DNA of 15,001 nt from assembly GCA_964584035.1 (NCBI GenBank), contig CAZOYL010000059.1, positions 1 to 15,001 on the forward strand, read 5' to 3'. The DNA is from an uncultured Gemmatimonadota bacterium (GTDB lineage: Bacteria; SM23-81). A program made the translations under genes and the position numbers. Position 1 is the first letter of the stretch, and every line of letters starts with the position of its first letter. The notes beneath the pieces are model-generated. The model saw only the letters and a program-made list of their open reading frames with translations, searched no databases and was not told the DNA's origin. Shown here one piece after another: positions 1 to 8,579 of this stretch.

Positions 1-2
1 GC

Positions 3-668
3 GACGCCGGCATCGCTGCTCAGTCGCAGCGGTTTTTCAAGACCGGTCCGGGAGAATATGGCCAGGGAGATATATTTCTGGGGATCCGCGTGCCGGCCAT
101 CAGGAAATGCGTCCGGGAGTATCGCCAGATCCCATTGAAAGACACCCTGGAACTTCTCAGATCTCCCTTTCACGAGGCCCGGCTCCTGGCCCTGCTCATC
201 CTGGTCGCCAAGTACAGCTCGGCCGGCTCGCCGGCCGAGCAAAGAGCCATCTATCGGTCCTATCTCGAGCACACCGCATTCATCAACAGCTGGGATCTGG
301 TCGACAGCTCAGCCGAGCACATCATCGGCGCTGACCTGTTCTCCAGAGACAGGAGGCCAATCTATCGGCTGGCGCGATCAAAAGACCTCTGGGAGCGCCG
401 CATCGCCGTGCTGGCCACCTTTCATTTCATCAAGCAAGGGCATTACGCGGACACCCTGGCCGTCGCCGAGATACTGCTGCACGACACGGAGGACCTGATC
501 CACAAGGCCGTCGGCTGGATGCTGCGCGAGGTGGGCAAGCGGGATCGAAAGGCGGAGGAAACATTCCTGGTTCAGCATCATAAGAACATGCCGCGGACCA
601 TGCTGCGCTATGCCATCGAGAAACTGCCCGAGGACGACCGGCAGGCCTATCTGCGGGGAGAGAGATGA
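3..668 (+). CDS. DNA alkylation repair protein (AlkD-like HEAT-repeat family), 5'-truncated by window edge
   Basis: The frame is open from position 3 (DAGIAAQSQRFFKTGPGEYGQGDIFLGIRVP...), so the true start lies upstream of the window rather than at GTG 90. Family motifs: FFKTGPGEYG, NSWDLVD, WERRIA, DLIHKAVGWMLREVGK, MPRTMLRYAIE. Stop is TGA 666-668. Confidence 0.9.
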   Translation, partial: DAGIAAQSQRFFKTGPGEYGQGDIFLGIRVPAIRKCVREYRQIPLKDTLELLRSPFHEARLLALLILVAKYSSAGSPAEQRAIYRSYLEHTAFINSWDLVDSSAEHIIGADLFSRDRRPIYRLARSKDLWERRIAVLATFHFIKQGHYADTLAVAEILLHDTEDLIHKAVGWMLREVGKRDRKAEETFLVQHHKNMPRTMLRYAIEKLPEDDRQAYLRGER

Positions 669-765
669 TCCCGACGGCAGGCACCCCTCGTGGCGCCGCT
701 GAACAGATCTTCTGCCCGCAGCCCGATAGCGAATGATGTACCCCCTGTTTTCAGAGGATCTCAGG

Positions 766-1053
766 ATGTCAAAAAAAGACGCCTTCATCAAATCAATCAA
801 GGAAATGATCACATCCCCTCATGTGCACATCTCGCTGGCCACGGGGATCAGCATCATCGTTCTGGCCTATGCATCCAAAAAAGTGTTGCCGGAACCGATC
901 GGGTACCTGCCGCTGGCATTCCCTCCATTTCTGATGGTCATCTGGGAAGCCGTATCAGATCGATATAAAAATTCCAGAATCTGCACCACATGGTACTGGA
1001 TAGTCGCCATTTTTATCGCTACGGCCCTGGTCATCCTCTTTCATATGAGATGA
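766..1053 (+). CDS. Small hypothetical membrane protein (~95 aa, about 3 TM helices)
   Basis: Within ORF 733..1053. ATG 766 follows AGAGGA (753-758). Three hydrophobic segments: HISLATGISIIVLAYA, IGYLPLAFPPFLMVIWEAV, WYWIVAIFIATALVILF. It fills the gap between neighbours on the same strand. Confidence 0.7.
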   Translation: MSKKDAFIKSIKEMITSPHVHISLATGISIIVLAYASKKVLPEPIGYLPLAFPPFLMVIWEAVSDRYKNSRICTTWYWIVAIFIATALVILFHMR

Positions 1054-1202
1054 ATCGACTCAGCGCCAATCATCCCGGCCCGGACCAGCCGGATCCGATC
1101 AGCACAGCTTCGGAACGGCCGGAGAAGCAATACTGACAGCAAAATATTTGAACCTTAACCACACCCCCTGTGAAAATGATGGTTTCTCAACAATCCCGCA
1201 GA

Positions 1203-3353
1203 ATGCGATATCACCGGCTGACGGCCACCCTCTTCTCCCTGCTGGCCATTTCCCTGTGGGCCGGAATCGTCCGAGCGCAGCACGAACAGGATCTGCCGGC
1301 ACAAGCAGAGGATGAAGGCGTCCGGGACATCCGGGCCGCGCGCATCGACTCCGAAATCGAAATCGACGGCGTCCTGGATGAGCCCGCCTGGGGGCAGGGC
1401 CAGCCGAGCGCCCCTTTCCGGCAGAGCCGGCCCAACTACGGGGCTCAGCCCTCGGAATCGACGGCCGTGACCATTCTGTACGACGCCGAGAACCTGTACC
1501 TCGGCATCCGCTGCTACGACAGCCAGCCGGGGCGGATCGAAGCCCACATGACCCAGCGGGACGACGAGCTGTGGAACGATGATGCCATCGAGATCTTCAT
1601 CGACTCCTTCCACGACCACCAGTCCTGCACCTACTTCGTGACCAACCCCCTGGGCACCCAGACCGACGGCCGCTGCACCGGCAACGGGGCCACCTCGGAG
1701 ATCATCTGGGACGGCGACTGGCAGGTGAGGTCGCGAATCACCTCGTGGGGCTGGTGCGCGGAGCTGGCCATTCCCTTTTTCAACCTGCCGTTCGAGGCCC
1801 GGGAAGAGCAGACCTGGGGCATCAATTTCATGCGCATTCACAGACGGACCAAGCAGGATCACCTCTGGCAGTTGACCGAACACTTCTTCCGGGTGTCCGA
1901 TTACGGCCACCTGGTGGGGCTGCGGGATCTGAAAAAGGGACGGGCATTGGAGATCATGCCCTTCACCAGTCTGCGAAGAAGCCGTCATCCCGATGAACAG
2001 CTCGCCGGCGACGCCGGGCTCGATGTCAAATACCACCTGACCTCCACCTTCTCCGCCAATGTGACCGTCAATCCGGATTTCGCCCAGATCGAGGCCGACC
2101 CGGACCAGATCAACCTGTCCACCGAGGAGCTCTGGCTGCCCGAAAAACGGCCCTTCTTCCTGGAGGGCTGCGAGCTATTCAGCGCGCCGACAACCCTGTT
2201 CTACTCCCGGCGGATCGGCGAGATCACGGCCGGCGGGAAGCTGACCGGCAAGATCGACCGGTTCAACCTGGCTGTCGTGGACGTGCAGACGCCTGAGGAG
2301 GACGGCGAGCCCGAATCTTTCCGGGATCAAGAGACTAATTTCCTGGCCGCACGAGTGAAGGGCGACATCCTGGGAGCCTCCTCTCTCGGCGTTACGGGAG
2401 TGAACTGGGCCAACGGCAGCGGGTACAGCCGGGCCGCCGGACTGGACGCCGGGCTGACCCTGCCGCTGGGCTTCATCCTGAATCCTCAGGTCAGCCTATC
2501 CGCCGAGAAGGACGAGATTCTCAACATGAAGGAGACAAAGGGCTGGGAGAGGAGGGCGAATGTCAGCCACTACAGCCAGCATTTCGAGGGCTCTCTGAGC
2601 TACGTCGACCGGGACGCGGACTTCTTTCTGAACACCGGTTACTTCGGCGGGCGCACCGACGTCAGGGGGCTCGGCGGCGCGGTCACCTACATGAAACCCG
2701 CGCCATCCCTGGGTCTTCACGATGCGCAATTCAACTCCTTCTTCGGCCATTATGAGAACAAGGACGATGGCGGGCTGAACTATCAGTACTTCCGCGAGAA
2801 CGTCAGCATCTTCTATCAATTTCTTGGTTACTGGTTCGCCAACGGCTTCGACGGGCAGTGGTCGAGGGAACAAGTGGCCGGCCGGACCTATGACAACTAT
2901 CAGGCCTATGTCTCGCTGATCTATAATTACGAGAGCTTCGAGAATGCCGGAGTTCGGATCAAAAGAGGCCGCTCCTTCGGGGCCACGGCCGACATCCTGG
3001 AGACCTGGGTGCGCTGGAGGTTCTTCGAATATCTTTCCCTCGACCTGTACACCAACCGGGTGGCCTTCACCGGGCATGAGAATAATATCGGTTGGCCGGA
3101 TCAATGGGTCACCACGCTGATGACACGCCTCGACCTGGCCGAGAACCTCTACCTGAGGGCCTTCCTGCAGGCCAACGATACCCATGGCCGGGACCTGCTC
3201 AGGGACATCAACCTGCTGCTGGCCTGGGAGCTGACCCGGAGGAACATCCTCTACCTGGCCTTCAACTACGATGAGAGCTGGAATGATCTCGACAGCCAGC
3301 GTCAGACGTCCCAGAGAATGCTGATGAAGATCGGTCTGTTCGTGGGGATCTGA
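1203..3353 (+). CDS. Secreted/outer-membrane protein with N-terminal carbohydrate-binding family 9-like domain and DUF5916 domain
   Basis: Signal peptide MRYHRLTATLFSLLAISLWAGIVRA (start could also be 1170-1179). CBM9-like motifs: IDGVLDEPAW, YDAENLYLG, DDAIEIFID, GWCAELAIPF, WGINFMR. DUF5916-type motifs: TVNPDFAQIEAD, EKRPFFLEG, LFYSRRIG. The C-terminal half has alternating hydrophobic beta-strand character. Confidence 0.85.
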   Translation: MRYHRLTATLFSLLAISLWAGIVRAQHEQDLPAQAEDEGVRDIRAARIDSEIEIDGVLDEPAWGQGQPSAPFRQSRPNYGAQPSESTAVTILYDAENLYLGIRCYDSQPGRIEAHMTQRDDELWNDDAIEIFIDSFHDHQSCTYFVTNPLGTQTDGRCTGNGATSEIIWDGDWQVRSRITSWGWCAELAIPFFNLPFEAREEQTWGINFMRIHRRTKQDHLWQLTEHFFRVSDYGHLVGLRDLKKGRALEIMPFTSLRRSRHPDEQLAGDAGLDVKYHLTSTFSANVTVNPDFAQIEADPDQINLSTEELWLPEKRPFFLEGCELFSAPTTLFYSRRIGEITAGGKLTGKIDRFNLAVVDVQTPEEDGEPESFRDQETNFLAARVKGDILGASSLGVTGVNWANGSGYSRAAGLDAGLTLPLGFILNPQVSLSAEKDEILNMKETKGWERRANVSHYSQHFEGSLSYVDRDADFFLNTGYFGGRTDVRGLGGAVTYMKPAPSLGLHDAQFNSFFGHYENKDDGGLNYQYFRENVSIFYQFLGYWFANGFDGQWSREQVAGRTYDNYQAYVSLIYNYESFENAGVRIKRGRSFGATADILETWVRWRFFEYLSLDLYTNRVAFTGHENNIGWPDQWVTTLMTRLDLAENLYLRAFLQANDTHGRDLLRDINLLLAWELTRRNILYLAFNYDESWNDLDSQRQTSQRMLMKIGLFVGI

Positions 3354-3390
3354 ATGACGAATAATCCGGATAAAGTCTAAAGGGAAAACA

Positions 3391-3425
3391 GGACGCCGGA
3401 TGCTGAACACCGGATGCCGGATCAA
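3391..3425 (+). repeat. Degenerate 7-bp tandem repeat (GGAYRCY-like x5) in intergenic region
   Basis: GGACGCC GGATGCT GAACACC GGATGCC GGATCAA read directly at 3391-3425. CCGGAT occurs at 3366, 3396, 3410, 3417 and 3467. Confidence 0.45.
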
Positions 3426-3536
3426 GATGAAGAGATGTGCGGCAGGATGCCGGTGATGGATCTTTACCGGATCACAGATGTGTTCTTGGAAACCGATCAT
3501 AGGCGACCGATCATCGACAGCGGAAGGAAGCCGACC

Positions 3537-6500
3537 ATGAAGAAAATTCTTCCATTTTGGATTCTATCGATTCTTTGTTTCGCCACCGTCACCCAGGCTC
3601 TGCAGCTCGATCCACAGCCGGGAGAGTCTCTCCTGGATTCCGCTCAGGAGGGAAAGTATCTGGCCATGATCTATAAAAGCCAGGGCTTCTCGGCGGTCAA
3701 CATCCGAGTGGTCAATCTGGAAACCGAGAGCATCGTCTATCAGAGCCAGCAGCCCTACCCGCAGAGCAAGCTGATCCAGCCAGTCATCCGGGAGAATTTC
3801 CTCGTCTACATGACCCGGGATGAGATCGTCCGGGTCGATCTCTCGACCGGTCAGGAACAGACGATGCCCGGCGGCGTCCGCGAGGTCACCGACGACGGAA
3901 CCATCGTCACCGGAGACGGCCTGGTGGATATCGCCACCTGGGCGGTCACGGCCGAATATGACCCGAAGCTTTACACCCCGCAGCTGGTGCTCGACAACCT
4001 GATCATCTTCTCGGTCAAGGATATCGAAACACACAATCCGGCCGGATACCAGGCCCTGTCCACCGGCGGCCAGGTCATGTGGACGCTGGCTGTGGCCTCC
4101 CCGACCCAGGTTCACCTGCCTTCCGATCAGCACTCCACCATTCGCTCCTTCCCCCTGCCCGTGTTCCGCTACGACCCGGACGGCCGATGGCATCTGGAAT
4201 TCCTGGACCGGTCCGGCCGGATGATGCAATCCCATCTCCTCACCGACCTGGACATTCACGTCCTCCAGGAAGAGGGCCGGGAGAAGAACTGGCTGCATAA
4301 TTTCAAGGTCATGGACGATCGCGCCGGCCGGCGGATCCTGTCCTTCCGTCTGTTCACCGATCAGGGCGACGACGACCCGGTGCGCTATGGCCTGCTGACC
4401 GATGCCCAGGCCAACATCGACACGGCACTGATCTTCGCGTCCACTTTCACGGCCGGGATCGATCCGCAGGGGAACTCCATTCTCATCTCGAAGAAGTCTC
4501 CCGACCAGGACCAATGCCTGATCTCCAGCTACGACGCCGATGGCGGGCTGATCTCCCAGGCGCCCCTGTCGCCCTGGATCACCCGCCCTGCGGAGTTCCG
4601 CATCCTGGACGGCGGTCAGATCCTGGCCGAGGCCTCTCAGAACCTGTTTCTCAAATGCGCCGTGGAGACCGGACAGGCCACCGGGCTGTATGCCTTCCCA
4701 ACGGCCGACCGCGTGGATCTCGCCGTGGTGTCTGGGAACGCCGCTTACATCTTCGCGGTTCCCCGGTTCAAGACCTCCCCCACCGTCGATCAGGGCACCC
4801 GGCTCCTCACCTTCCCCATCGATGAGGCCGGCTGGTTCGAGATCGAGCTGGTCAAGATGGAGCCCAACACCGGCTCGATGGATCAGGTCTATGCCGACAG
4901 CGATGTGTTGGTGGGATTCGCAGCCGACCGTTCACTGGAGAAGATGATCACGGTCGATTTCGAGGCCGGCCAGGCGGTCCGGAGGAGCGGATCCGGGCTG
5001 CGTTACGACTGGCACACCCCCGATGAGGAAAGAATCGTTCGCATCACGGCCTCCCTGGGGCCCCTTTCCAGAACCTTCGACATCGATGTCGTCCGGGTCT
5101 CGGATGCCCTGACTCTGGATCTGTCCGGCCAGGCCAAAGACGCCTACCGGTTCATCATCTCCGGCGAGGTGACCAACGGGACCAACCGGAATATCGACGG
5201 CCTGCAGTGGGAGGTCTCCACCGAGAACCTAACCGTCACCAGCTCATCGCTGCCCGATCGGGTCCAGGCCAATCGCGGCCGCAGCGTCACCATCCGCACC
5301 GAGCTGGCCGTCCCGGAAGACGTGGCACCCGGATGGAACGGCTACACCGTCTCGGGCAGCGCCACGGTCCGGCTGGATACCGGCGCCCAGACCTTTGAAA
5401 AGACCTTCCAGGCCAGCCTGGCCATCGAGCCAAACAAAACCTTCTTTATCCGATTCCAGGACCGGGAGACGGGGCGTTCCCTGAACCTCAAGGACATCGA
5501 CCTGGCGCAGCTCAAGATCTTCGACCCGGGCGGCGCCGAGATCACCTCCCGCCTGGTCATCAGCCCCAGCGGAACCAAGGTCACGGTCGGCGGCCTGGCC
5601 CCCGGATTTGCCTCCCGGCCGATCCGGCTGACGGCGGCCTATCTCGACGCTCGGGCCGAGATCGAGCTGGCCTTCAAGGACATCCGATCGACAGGACGTT
5701 TCTCTCCCCCGACCGTCACCCTGGAACTGCTGTCCGCGCCTCTTCTGACGGTGACCACGCTGGTCAGCGGCGAGCCTCAGAGCGGCATTACGGCCGAATT
5801 GTTCAGAGAGGGCGATGAGGAATTCTACCACAAAGCCACCACCGGCGCCGACGGTTCGCACACCTTCAGCGACCTGGACACCGGCCGCTACACCGTCAAG
5901 CTGTTCGCGGAAGGCTATGTCCCCCAGGAGCTGGGCGTCGATCTGGACCAGGTCATTCACCACACCAAGACGGTCGAGATGCAGCGCTACGTGGCCATCC
6001 TGCTGAAAGGCGAGGCCTACTACAAGAGCGCCCTGACCGACATCATCGGCGCCGAGGTGCACACATCGGTGAACATGACCGAGGCCAGCGACCACATCTT
6101 CATCCTGCCCGACTGGGCCGAGGATGTCTACTTCAACATGCTTTACAAGATAGGCTGTCCGGAAGGCATTTTTACGGACCTGTTCGAGGAGAGCGACTAC
6201 TCGATCGAGTACCAGGTCACCCGGATGTCCGACTCCGGGTCGGCCGAGATCTACGTCGGCGATGGATCCTTCAGTGAATCGGACGGCTACGAGGAGCGGA
6301 CGGAGGAGGATGTCATTGAGAACAACAGCCGGCTGGGCTTCTCCTATCCGGCCGCCAACATCACCCGGCCAACCCTCTTCGAGATCGCCGTCGAGGCCCT
6401 GGACAAGGACTATGATATTGTGGTCTGGGTCTTCCCCAGCAACTGGGAAAACTACACCTCCGAGGCCAGACAGGTGGCCCTGTTGTACGGCCTGAAAAAC

Positions 6501-7316
6501 AACCTGGGCATGCTCGACTACGGCGAGAACGCCAGAGATTATCTTATTTCGCGAGGCGACATGTCCAACCTGATCGCCTCGGGCATGGGGCCGATCATCA
6601 ATTACGGAGTCGAGTCTCTGGGCATCTTCGGTGACGTGCCGGATGGCACCCTGGAGGGCCTGATCAGCGGCCAGGCCGAATCCTTCGCCGGAAAGCTGGC
6701 CGAAAAGATCCTGACACAGCTCGTCGGAGCGGCGGCCTATGAGGTGTTCAATGAGATCTATGCCATACTGGGGTCGATCAAAGGCGCCATCGACTGGGGC
6801 AACCAGATGCCCGATGTCATTCAGACGGGCACCGACGCCGTCTATGCCAATAGTTTGTTGGAGGGCATCGCCAACGAGGATGCGAACTTTCTGCAGATCC
6901 TGGAGATGTTCCAGACCTTGAAGGCCAAAATGGAGCCGTGTATCGCCGCCATCGACGATAACGACCCGGCCCTCTGCCGGACCTATCTGAACCAGATCGA
7001 GGCCATCTCTGTCGGACTCCATCCCGACAGCGATCAGCCGGCCGATTATAAGATCGACTACGATGCCTACGGCGTCACGGATGCCGGCGGGAGTGGATAC
7101 TGCCTGGCCGTTCTTCTGACCCTGGAATATAACAGGATCACCGAGTGGTCCGGGGGCAACGGCATCGCTCCCTACTTCGGTGATGACCTCATCTCGATCC
7201 CGCTGGACGATAAGATGTCGGCCACCCAGGCGGCCATGACCACCTACGGTCCCATCTGGGAAACGTTGTTCCGCATCGCCGCCGTGTTCATCGACGCGGC
7301 ACTGCTGGGCCAATAA
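3537..7316 (+). CDS. Large secreted multidomain protein (~1259 aa): beta-propeller-like N-terminus, Ig-like/CnaB (carboxypeptidase-regulatory-like) domains, helical C-terminal domain; function unknown
   Basis: Within ORF 3414..7316. ATG 3537 follows GGAAGGA (3522-3528) and opens a signal peptide, MKKILPFWILSILCFATVTQA. A CnaB-like segment lies at ~5742-5985 (LTVTTLVSGEPQSGITAEL...TTGADGSHTFSDLDTGRYTVKLFAEGY). Strong GC3 bias indicates a real gene. Confidence 0.85.
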   Translation: MKKILPFWILSILCFATVTQALQLDPQPGESLLDSAQEGKYLAMIYKSQGFSAVNIRVVNLETESIVYQSQQPYPQSKLIQPVIRENFLVYMTRDEIVRVDLSTGQEQTMPGGVREVTDDGTIVTGDGLVDIATWAVTAEYDPKLYTPQLVLDNLIIFSVKDIETHNPAGYQALSTGGQVMWTLAVASPTQVHLPSDQHSTIRSFPLPVFRYDPDGRWHLEFLDRSGRMMQSHLLTDLDIHVLQEEGREKNWLHNFKVMDDRAGRRILSFRLFTDQGDDDPVRYGLLTDAQANIDTALIFASTFTAGIDPQGNSILISKKSPDQDQCLISSYDADGGLISQAPLSPWITRPAEFRILDGGQILAEASQNLFLKCAVETGQATGLYAFPTADRVDLAVVSGNAAYIFAVPRFKTSPTVDQGTRLLTFPIDEAGWFEIELVKMEPNTGSMDQVYADSDVLVGFAADRSLEKMITVDFEAGQAVRRSGSGLRYDWHTPDEERIVRITASLGPLSRTFDIDVVRVSDALTLDLSGQAKDAYRFIISGEVTNGTNRNIDGLQWEVSTENLTVTSSSLPDRVQANRGRSVTIRTELAVPEDVAPGWNGYTVSGSATVRLDTGAQTFEKTFQASLAIEPNKTFFIRFQDRETGRSLNLKDIDLAQLKIFDPGGAEITSRLVISPSGTKVTVGGLAPGFASRPIRLTAAYLDARAEIELAFKDIRSTGRFSPPTVTLELLSAPLLTVTTLVSGEPQSGITAELFREGDEEFYHKATTGADGSHTFSDLDTGRYTVKLFAEGYVPQELGVDLDQVIHHTKTVEMQRYVAILLKGEAYYKSALTDIIGAEVHTSVNMTEASDHIFILPDWAEDVYFNMLYKIGCPEGIFTDLFEESDYSIEYQVTRMSDSGSAEIYVGDGSFSESDGYEERTEEDVIENNSRLGFSYPAANITRPTLFEIAVEALDKDYDIVVWVFPSNWENYTSEARQVALLYGLKNNLGMLDYGENARDYLISRGDMSNLIASGMGPIINYGVESLGIFGDVPDGTLEGLISGQAESFAGKLAEKILTQLVGAAAYEVFNEIYAILGSIKGAIDWGNQMPDVIQTGTDAVYANSLLEGIANEDANFLQILEMFQTLKAKMEPCIAAIDDNDPALCRTYLNQIEAISVGLHPDSDQPADYKIDYDAYGVTDAGGSGYCLAVLLTLEYNRITEWSGGNGIAPYFGDDLISIPLDDKMSATQAAMTTYGPIWETLFRIAAVFIDAALLGQ

Positions 7317-7322
7317 AAATCC

Positions 7323-7353
7323 TTGACAATTTCCATTTTTTCCTGCTCATTAA
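7323..7353 (+). promoter_or_regulatory. Putative sigma70-type promoter
   Basis: Perfect TTGACA at 7323-7328 in an AT-rich patch just after the upstream stop codon. The -10 region (~7346-7353, CTCATTAA) is only a weak match. Confidence 0.4.
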
Positions 7354-7462
7354 GAGTGTTTCGTTGCTATTCTCTTCGCTTCCGTGGCGAGGGACGCTGG
7401 CGGATCGCCGGGATCATATTTCACATCGAGCGGCCGGGGATTCCAATTCCGGAAAAATACTC

Positions 7463-7541
7463 GGGAAAGTGAGAACTTCGATACCGACCTGTCTGCCTTT
7501 CCCCCCAATCCCTCTTTCCTTTCTCCACAAAGGAGGCTGTC
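7463..7541 (+). promoter_or_regulatory. Candidate structured 5' leader with SD-sequestering hairpin
   Basis: TTTCCTTT (7515-7522) can pair with AAAGGAGG (7529-7536, the SD) around a 6-nt loop. GGGAAAG (7463-7469) can pair with CTTTCCC (7497-7503) or with CTTTCCT (7514-7520). Confidence 0.35.
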
Positions 7542-8009
7542 ATGCCAGCAAAAAAAGTGGCTCAGTTCCTGGACAGCCAGAAGGTCAAGTACTTCCTGAT
7601 CAAGCACTCCCCGGCCTTCACCGCCCAGGAGATCGCCGCCTCAGCCCACATCCCCGGCAAAGAGTTGGCCAAGACCGTCATGATCAAGCTCGACGGCACC
7701 ATGGCCATGGCCGTCCTGCCGGCCTCCTACCGGGTCGACTTCAAGAGTCTCAAGAAACTGTCCGGCGCCAAGAAGGCCGAACTGGCTCCGGAGAATGATT
7801 TCCAGAAGCTCTTTCCGCAATGCGAGATCGGCGCCATGCCGCCCTTCGGAAACCTCTATGACATGAAGGTCTATGTGGCCAATCCATTGCCGGACGATGA
7901 CGAGATCGCCTTCAACGCCGGTTCCCACGCCGAGCTGATGAAATTGCATTACGCCGATTTCGAGAAACTGGTCAAGCCCACCGTGGGGGATTTCGCGGAG
8001 TCGGAGTGA
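7542..8009 (+). CDS. YbaK/EbsC (ProX/INS superfamily) aminoacyl-tRNA deacylase
   Basis: 155 aa with a strong SD, AAAGGAGG at 7529-7536. Motifs: [16 protein letters not shown] (conserved Lys), [15 protein letters not shown] (GxxxP loop), FNAGSH. Confidence 0.92.
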   Translation: MPAKKVAQFLDSQKVKYFLIKHSPAFTAQEIAASAHIPGKELAKTVMIKLDGTMAMAVLPASYRVDFKSLKKLSGAKKAELAPENDFQKLFPQCEIGAMPPFGNLYDMKVYVANPLPDDDEIAFNAGSHAELMKLHYADFEKLVKPTVGDFAESE

Positions 8010-8028
8010 GCACCGGCAGGATGGTAAA

Positions 8029-8559
8029 ATGCCCGGTAAGTTTCCGTATAATACTCTCTTTTGGCTTATCGCCAGCGGCGCTCTGGTCTTATCCGCCTGC
8101 TCCGGAACCAGCTTGAAAACAAATTTCGGCGAGAACTACCGAAATGAGAGCGATCAAGAATTCATGGTGTCGATCAAACAACAGGTTGACGACCAGGTAA
8201 CCTGCTCTGTTGCCATGGACGACATCGACAAGGCACGCGGGAAGATCGTCCGGTGGGACGGCGATGTCATCAAGATATGGGACGACCGGCTGTTCATCGC
8301 CACCGGAGGCGGCGGCGGTAACTGGAACCACTTCGTCCTGCTCATAGACCGGCCTTTGCCGGAGCTGTCGACCGTTGAGAACTCCATGCAGACCCTCTCG
8401 CCCAAAGAGACCATCTGGGCTCTGGGCCGGATCATCGATCTTGAGACCATCGTTCTGGAAACCGGTTCCATTCTGACCATCCCGCACCTGGAGTGTTACG
8501 TCATCTCCAGGGGGAACGACCGCCAGTTCGCCAAACCGGTATGGCTAAAAGAGCGTTAA
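8029..8559 (+). CDS. Hypothetical lipoprotein, possibly OB-fold/Slp-like
   Basis: Hydrophobic signal ending in lipobox LSA-C24. [10 protein letters not shown] and IWALGRI...GSILTIP resemble OB-fold lipoproteins (inference). It fits exactly between the ybaK-like gene and mgsA. Confidence 0.7.
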   Translation: MPGKFPYNTLFWLIASGALVLSACSGTSLKTNFGENYRNESDQEFMVSIKQQVDDQVTCSVAMDDIDKARGKIVRWDGDVIKIWDDRLFIATGGGGGNWNHFVLLIDRPLPELSTVENSMQTLSPKETIWALGRIIDLETIVLETGSILTIPHLECYVISRGNDRQFAKPVWLKER

Positions 8560-8579
8560 AGCCAACCGAAGGAGCCTCT

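Noticed and set aside
1133..1177. AT-rich patch with AAATATTT palindrome and weak -35/-10-like hexamers before the DUF5916 gene
   Set aside because: It is probably the promoter region, but no hexamer pair is close enough to consensus to place with confidence.
3518..3536. CGGAAGGAAGC resembles the SRP RNA helix-8 motif
   Set aside because: The upstream CAGG-containing strand and enclosing long stem are missing. The sequence is better explained as the RBS of the gene at 3537.
5244..7313. 689-aa minus-strand ORF, plus other long antisense ORFs (2496-3500, 3564-4514, 1155-2036, 11131-11955)
   Set aside because: They mirror the codons of well-supported + strand genes. High GC3 suppresses antisense stops, and the translations have no recognisable motifs.
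7354..7541. T-box or other known riboswitch, or a tRNA, upstream of the tRNA-editing gene
   Set aside because: I see no T-box consensus (GGTGGNACCGCG), no cloverleaf and no recognisable aptamer. Only the generic pairing switch is reported.
7364..7798. Alternative-frame ORFs (7364-7798, 7384-7599, 12083-13144, 9989-10681)
   Set aside because: They are shadow frames over real genes, with Ser/Pro/Arg/Thr-rich composition typical of off-frame GC-rich DNA.
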